This document shows, one piece after another, positions 59,359-64,000 of a DNA stretch of 64,000 nucleotides. The stretch is taken from assembly GCA_001940855.1 (NCBI GenBank), contig MSGS01000044.1, positions 20,215-84,214 of the forward strand. Reading direction: 5' to 3'. The notes under the pieces were generated by a model, which saw nothing but the letters and a program-made list of their open reading frames with translations, was not told the DNA's origin and ran no database searches. Both the position numbers and the translations under genes were made by a program. Each line of letters opens with the position of its first letter. Within the stretch, counting starts at the first letter, position 1. The stretch comes from Christensenellaceae bacterium Phil1. GTDB taxonomy: Bacteria; Bacillota; Clostridia; Christensenellales; CAG-138.

Positions 59359-59894
59359 AGCTTAAATTTGACCGCAGCTATATACTGATAGCCGCAATAG
59401 CGCTGTGCCTCATAATGGCGGCCTGTTCACCGAGCGGCACTAATAACGCCGATGCGCTTACCGGCGCGTTTACCGACAAGGACCTTGGCATTGCCATAGA
59501 CGGCAAAACCTATTACCTGAGGGAGGATTCCGCCGCGCTGATAGCCGCACTCGGCGACGGATACGAATACAGCGAAATGGTAAGCTGCGTTTACGACGGC
59601 AAGGATAAAACATTTGCCTACGACGGCATTACCGTAAGCACCGTTCCCGTTGACGGCAAGGACGTTACAGAGATGATAACCCTTACCGGCGGCGATTACG
59701 CCACGCTGCGCGGCATAAAGATAGGTAATACGCTGGGCGAAGTTAAGGCGGCATACGGCGAAAAATGGTTTGACGACGGCTACCTTACCTATTCCATATC
59801 CGGCGACGAAACGGACATACATTCCGAACGCATACAGTTTGAATACAGCGGCGATACGGTTACGCGCATATTCATCTATTCCCCCAGCTATTGA
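59355..59894 (+). CDS. Hypothetical lipoprotein
   Basis: 179 aa from ATG 59355 (ATGA overlap with the upstream stop). MKLKFDRSYILIAAIALCLIMAACS signal peptide/lipobox. Confidence 0.65.
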   Translation: MKLKFDRSYILIAAIALCLIMAACSPSGTNNADALTGAFTDKDLGIAIDGKTYYLREDSAALIAALGDGYEYSEMVSCVYDGKDKTFAYDGITVSTVPVDGKDVTEMITLTGGDYATLRGIKIGNTLGEVKAAYGEKWFDDGYLTYSISGDETDIHSERIQFEYSGDTVTRIFIYSPSY

Positions 59895-59910
59895 TAACAT
59901 ATAGCAGAGC

Positions 59911-61311
59911 ATGGTATTCAGTTCCCCAACATTTATATTTCTGTTCTTTCCCGCGGTGTTCCTTACCTGCCTTTTAACAAGGCGCAGCGTAAAATGGAGC
60001 AACGCGGTGCTGCTTATATTCTCATTGCTGTTCTATGCATGGGGAGAGCCGGTATATGTGCTGCTGATGGCGTTCACAACGCTTGTGTGCTACATATGCG
60101 CCCGCATGATAGCAAAGGGCAAAAACGTGCGGCTGAGCACGGCTGTTGCTGTAATTTGGGGCATAGGCACGCTTGTGGCATTCAAATATACGGGCTTTTT
60201 GGTGCAGAGCTTCAATTCGCTCACCTCCCTTGCCGTACCCGTGCCGCAAATTGCGCTGCCGGTGGGCATATCGTTTTTCACGTTTCAGGCAATAAGCTAT
60301 GTTTTGGACGTTAAGCGCGGGGATGCGGAGGCCGCGGCAAGCTATGCGGACGTGCTTTTGTACATTTCGCTTTTCCCGCAGCTTATAGCGGGGCCGATAG
60401 TGCGCTACAGCGACGTTGCGGCAGAAATAAAGCAGCGTACCGTTACCACGGAGGACATCGCCGCGGGGCTCAGGCGTTTCTGCTTCGGCATGGGCAAAAA
60501 GGTGCTTATAGCGAACACGCTCGCCTACACGGCGGACAAGGTTTTTGCCCTGGACAGCGCGGCGATAAACGCGCCCATAGCATGGCTTGGCGCGGTATGC
60601 TATTTGATGCAGATATATTTTGACTTTTCCGGTTACAGCGACATGGCCATTGGCCTTGGCCGCGCATTCGGCTTCACATTCCGCGAAAACTTCATGTATC
60701 CCTATTGCGCCGCATCCATGCAGGATTTTTGGCGCAAATGGCACATATCCCTTTCCACCTGGTTCAAAGAATATGTTTATATTCCCCTTGGCGGCAACCG
60801 GCGCGGCAAGCTGCGCACGGGGCTGAACAAGCTTATAGTTTTCCTGCTGACCGGCCTTTGGCACGGGGCAAGCTGGAACTTCGCCGTGTGGGGGCTTTAC
60901 CACGGGGCGTTCCTTATGGCGGAAAGCTACGGCGTGCTGAAGCCCAATCGCTGGCCCAAGGCGCTCAGGCACATATATACGGTTATCGCCGTAACGGTGG
61001 GCTTTGTTATATTCCGCGCGGAAACATTGGGTCAAGCATGGCTGATAATTTCAAAAATGTTCACCGGATGGACGTTTGACGCCGCGCTCGGCGCGCAATT
61101 ATCGCTGCTTTTAAGCCCGCTTTGCTCCGCAGCGCTTATAGCGTCTGTTTTTGCCTGCATGCCTTACGCAAGCAGTATAGCAAGCCGGTATACGGTAAAC
61201 CGTCCGCGTTTCGGATATGCCGTATATTTGGCGGCATTCGCGCTGCTTATTGTATGCATAGCCTGCCTTTCCACGGCAAGCTACAATCCGTTCATTTATT
61301 TCAGATTTTAA
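59911..61311 (+). CDS. MBOAT family O-acyltransferase (AlgI/DltB/PatA-like)
   Basis: 466 aa, polytopic. The conserved His region is FWRKWHISLSTWFKEYVYIPLGGNR. Confidence 0.9.
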   Translation: MVFSSPTFIFLFFPAVFLTCLLTRRSVKWSNAVLLIFSLLFYAWGEPVYVLLMAFTTLVCYICARMIAKGKNVRLSTAVAVIWGIGTLVAFKYTGFLVQSFNSLTSLAVPVPQIALPVGISFFTFQAISYVLDVKRGDAEAAASYADVLLYISLFPQLIAGPIVRYSDVAAEIKQRTVTTEDIAAGLRRFCFGMGKKVLIANTLAYTADKVFALDSAAINAPIAWLGAVCYLMQIYFDFSGYSDMAIGLGRAFGFTFRENFMYPYCAASMQDFWRKWHISLSTWFKEYVYIPLGGNRRGKLRTGLNKLIVFLLTGLWHGASWNFAVWGLYHGAFLMAESYGVLKPNRWPKALRHIYTVIAVTVGFVIFRAETLGQAWLIISKMFTGWTFDAALGAQLSLLLSPLCSAALIASVFACMPYASSIASRYTVNRPRFGYAVYLAAFALLIVCIACLSTASYNPFIYFRF

Positions 61312-61324
61312 GGAGGCGGCAAGC

Positions 61325-62686
61325 ATGAAAAAAGGATTTATGATAGCGTTCATCGCCGCCATACTGACAGCGTGCCTGCTGCCTATAGGCGCGAATATAT
61401 TTGGCTACACCGCCGTAAACCGCGAAAACCGTCCCCTTGCTCGGGAGCCACAGATAGTTGGCCGCGACGGGCTGAACCTTGAATTTCCAAGCGACTTTGA
61501 CGATTATTGGCAGGATCATTTCGGCTTGAGGGAGGAGCTTGTGACGGCGTTCCATGCGGCCACACTTGCCATGTTTAACGATACGCTGAATGAAAAGGTG
61601 GTTGCGGACAAGGACGGATTTTTGTTTTACAGCGAAACGCTGAACGATTATACCGGCCTTGAGACCATGAGCGATGCAGACATTTTGCGCGCAGCGAACG
61701 TTATCCGCCAAATAAGCGAATACGCCGAAGCTAATGGCGCAAAGTTCGTATTCTCCGTAGCCCCGAACAAGAACACGGTTTATCCCGAATATATGCCGAG
61801 CCGCATAAAGCGCACATCAGCCGTCTCAAACCACACGCGGCTTTATGCCGCGTTGAGCGATGCGGGTGTTGACACGCTGGATTTTGCCGCGCTTTTGACC
61901 GAGCATAAGGGCGACGGTTTGCTTTATTATCAGCAGGACACGCACTGGAATCAGCGCGGCGCGCTTATTGCATACAACGAAATAATGAAGCTGATAATGA
62001 ACGGCGAAGGCTACGAAACCTATTCTGCCGCCGTGCCGCACGACGAAACGGGCTACTATGGTGACCTGCACAACTTTGTTTTGCCGGCGGAAGAATCCGC
62101 GCTGCCGTATCCCGAATACGGCATAGCGGCGAATTACACGCTTGACGAAGGCGCGCGCATGGAGCGGGACATAAACTTCGGCACAAGGAGCGAAGAAAAC
62201 GCGGAAAAATCGCTGCTTCTTTACCGCGATTCGTTTGGCGAGGCGCTCATACCGCTGCTTTCCACCAATCTTGGCCGCGCGGTATATTCGCAGGAGTTTC
62301 CGTATAACCTTGAGCTGAACGGCGAAAGCTACGGCATGATAATGATAGAGCTTGTTGAACGGAACATTCCCAATCTGCTCACGGGCGCACCGCTTATGCA
62401 GGCGAGCGAAAAGCAGCTTCCCACGGATGCGGTAAGCGTAAGCTGCACGGCGAATGCGCAGAAGCGTTCCGGCTTTACGCAGCTTTACGGCAGCATAGCA
62501 GCATACCCCGCCGCCGAGCGCATATATATTGAGGTTGCCTGCGCGGACGGCGCGGTACGCATATATGAAGCGTTTCCCATGAACGCTTCAGGCGACGCCG
62601 ATCCCGCATGGGAGAGTGAATCGGGCTACCTGCTGACACTTCCCGAGGGAATCGAAGGCGAAGTGAGCGGAGCATACATAGGTTGA
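61325..62686 (+). CDS. DHHW-motif (AlgX/AlgJ-like, SGNH-related) extracytoplasmic acyltransferase partner
   Basis: 453 aa. N-terminal TM/signal anchor, motif YYQQDTHWNQRG. Always-adjacent partner type for MBOAT proteins. Confidence 0.8.
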   Translation: MKKGFMIAFIAAILTACLLPIGANIFGYTAVNRENRPLAREPQIVGRDGLNLEFPSDFDDYWQDHFGLREELVTAFHAATLAMFNDTLNEKVVADKDGFLFYSETLNDYTGLETMSDADILRAANVIRQISEYAEANGAKFVFSVAPNKNTVYPEYMPSRIKRTSAVSNHTRLYAALSDAGVDTLDFAALLTEHKGDGLLYYQQDTHWNQRGALIAYNEIMKLIMNGEGYETYSAAVPHDETGYYGDLHNFVLPAEESALPYPEYGIAANYTLDEGARMERDINFGTRSEENAEKSLLLYRDSFGEALIPLLSTNLGRAVYSQEFPYNLELNGESYGMIMIELVERNIPNLLTGAPLMQASEKQLPTDAVSVSCTANAQKRSGFTQLYGSIAAYPAAERIYIEVACADGAVRIYEAFPMNASGDADPAWESESGYLLTLPEGIEGEVSGAYIG

Positions 62687-62769
62687 AAAATCCACAATTT
62701 GATATGAATAACAATGCCCCTTTGCACAAAGGCTAACACAAAACCAAAGTGCAAAGGAGCGTTTTATTT

Positions 62770-62934
62770 ATGGATAAAAAGAAGCACGGCCCGCGCAAGG
62801 GCTGCGTATACGAGGACATGACAAGCACCGTATCCGGCACGGAGTGCACCGGCCTTATGCCCACCCCGCCGCAGGATGAGGACGAGTACGAGGCTTATCA
62901 GGAGCTGCACGGCATGGAGGTGCCGAAGGAGTAG
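62770..62934 (+). CDS. Possible 54-aa acidic small protein
   Basis: AAAGGAG lies 11 nt upstream of ATG 62770. That RBS lies in the 3' arm of a hairpin (CCTTTGCAC 62719-62727 / GTGCAAAGG 62749-62757) that may simply be the terminator of the upstream gene. No recognisable domain. Confidence 0.25.
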   Translation: MDKKKHGPRKGCVYEDMTSTVSGTECTGLMPTPPQDEDEYEAYQELHGMEVPKE

Positions 62935-62938
62935 GCGG

Positions 62939-64000
62939 TCATTCCGCCGAAACGGCTTCCTCCCCCGCATTCTTTATCAGTTTTCGCTTGGTAACGATAT
63001 ACATGCCTATCAGCACCGCCGTGGTTACCGCCCAACTTATGGGGTAGGATACGAATATGCTGAAAATTGTATGATATTTCCGAAAAACGGTGGATATCCA
63101 GATTATTCTAAGTATGCATGCGCCGAACAGGCAAACTATCATAGGCGAGAAGGATTTGCCCATGCCCCTCAGGGAGCCGGTGAAAACCTCCATATTGCCG
63201 CAGATGAAATACAGCGCAACGACCGTGATAAGCCTTTCGCAGCCGTATGCTATAACCTCTGGATCGTCATTATAAAGCCCAAGGAGCTGATTGCGGAACA
63301 GCACGGCTATTATGCCCGTTACAAGCCACGCAATGGTTACCAATATGTTGCAGTAAAGGCATATCGGGCCGATACGGTCGTATTTCTTCGCGCCAACGTT
63401 TTGACTGGTAAACGTTACCGTCGCCTGCGAAAAGCTGTTTATGGCAATATATACGAAGCCTTCCAGATTGCTTGCCGCGGAGCAGCCCGCCATTACCTGG
63501 GAGCCGAAGGAATTGACGGAGGACTGTATCAGCACGTTTGAAACGGAGAACAGCGCGCTCTGTATGCCTGCGGGCAGGCCAATCTTTACCATTTCGCCAA
63601 GCTTATGACCGTGTATTTTCATTTTAGCGGGGTAAAAATGCACGCTGCCGGGCGTATGCATAAGGCAGTTGACCACCAGCACCGCGGAAAGCACCTCGCT
63701 GGCCACGGTTGCGTACGCAACGCCCGCCACGCCCATATCAAAGCATATAACCGTAACAAGGTTCAGCACAACGTTCAGCGCGCCGGATATTATAAGATAA
63801 TAAAGCGGGCGCTTAGTGTCTCCAACCGCGCGCAGTATACCCGCGCCGTAGTTATATATCATCAGCGCGGGAAGTCCGGCGAAGTATATCCTTAAATACT
63901 GCGCCGCAAGGTCGATAACGTCCTTGGGGCTATCCATCCATTCAAGGAACGTGCGCGCCATGAAGAAGCCGAATATGCCAAGGCCAACGCCCGCGATAAC
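62939..64000 (-). CDS. MATE family efflux transporter; N-terminus beyond the right window edge
   Basis: The frame stays open to position 64000. YLRIYFAGLPALMIYNYGAGILRAVGDTKRPLY is a typical MATE segment. The 340 aa seen correspond to roughly the C-terminal three-quarters. Confidence 0.85.
   Translation of the reverse strand, partial: VIAGVGLGIFGFFMARTFLEWMDSPKDVIDLAAQYLRIYFAGLPALMIYNYGAGILRAVGDTKRPLYYLIISGALNVVLNLVTVICFDMGVAGVAYATVASEVLSAVLVVNCLMHTPGSVHFYPAKMKIHGHKLGEMVKIGLPAGIQSALFSVSNVLIQSSVNSFGSQVMAGCSAASNLEGFVYIAINSFSQATVTFTSQNVGAKKYDRIGPICLYCNILVTIAWLVTGIIAVLFRNQLLGLYNDDPEVIAYGCERLITVVALYFICGNMEVFTGSLRGMGKSFSPMIVCLFGACILRIIWISTVFRKYHTIFSIFVSYPISWAVTTAVLIGMYIVTKRKLIKNAGEEAVSAE

Overview
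This is a 64-kb chromosomal window from a moderately GC-rich (by eye about 55-60 %) anaerobic Firmicutes/Clostridia genome. Gene content resembles lysine-fermenting, butyrate-producing gut Oscillospiraceae, but that cannot be proven from the sequence alone. I support about 60 protein genes. I recognised no rRNA, tRNA, CRISPR array, transposase, integrase or phage genes.

Left to right:
- a partial DD-carboxypeptidase, then an OmpR/histidine-kinase pair with two GerMN lipoproteins
- mnmA and a GNAT gene, followed by an inserted dinJ-yafQ toxin-antitoxin cassette
- the conserved housekeeping block hemZ-MBL-dtd-relA-apt-recJ (minus strand)
- a small accessory stretch (17.3-20.0 kb) of membrane proteins, a candidate type I toxin/antisense-RNA locus and an AT-rich single-gene cassette
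- an 11-kb lysine-to-butyrate operon (kal-kce-kdd-kamA-kamD-kamE-crt-hbd-bcd-etfB-etfA) behind a lysine riboswitch whose geometry implies an ON switch
- a PAP2-like gene, the membrane pyrophosphatase hppA and an AT-rich serine hydrolase
- a selenium-dependent molybdenum-hydroxylase (anaerobic purine/urate) cluster: ygeW, ygeY, a YheO-like regulator, ssnA, ygfK, xdhD, plus deoC
- a Cys-rich DUF1292 protein, a second orphan copy of the antisense-RNA gene, and gap
- a PLP enzyme, then an AI-2E/USP/LOG group
- a SpoIIE-like phosphatase, a Ser/Thr kinase and an HTH gene
- an envelope cluster: L,D-transpeptidase, exported SH3b-VanX-like peptidase, lipoprotein, MBOAT and DHHW protein
- a partial MATE transporter

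The most novel signal I can see is a two-member family of promoter-plus-terminator-defined ~85-90 nt RNAs. One copy is antisense to a 42-codon membrane-peptide gene whose mRNA is closed by a 25-bp 5'-3' helix and an anti-SD hairpin.

The ORF-track starts are the longest possible ATG/GTG/TTG starts. I moved several to RBS-supported starts. Many long ORFs in the track are antisense shadows of real genes.
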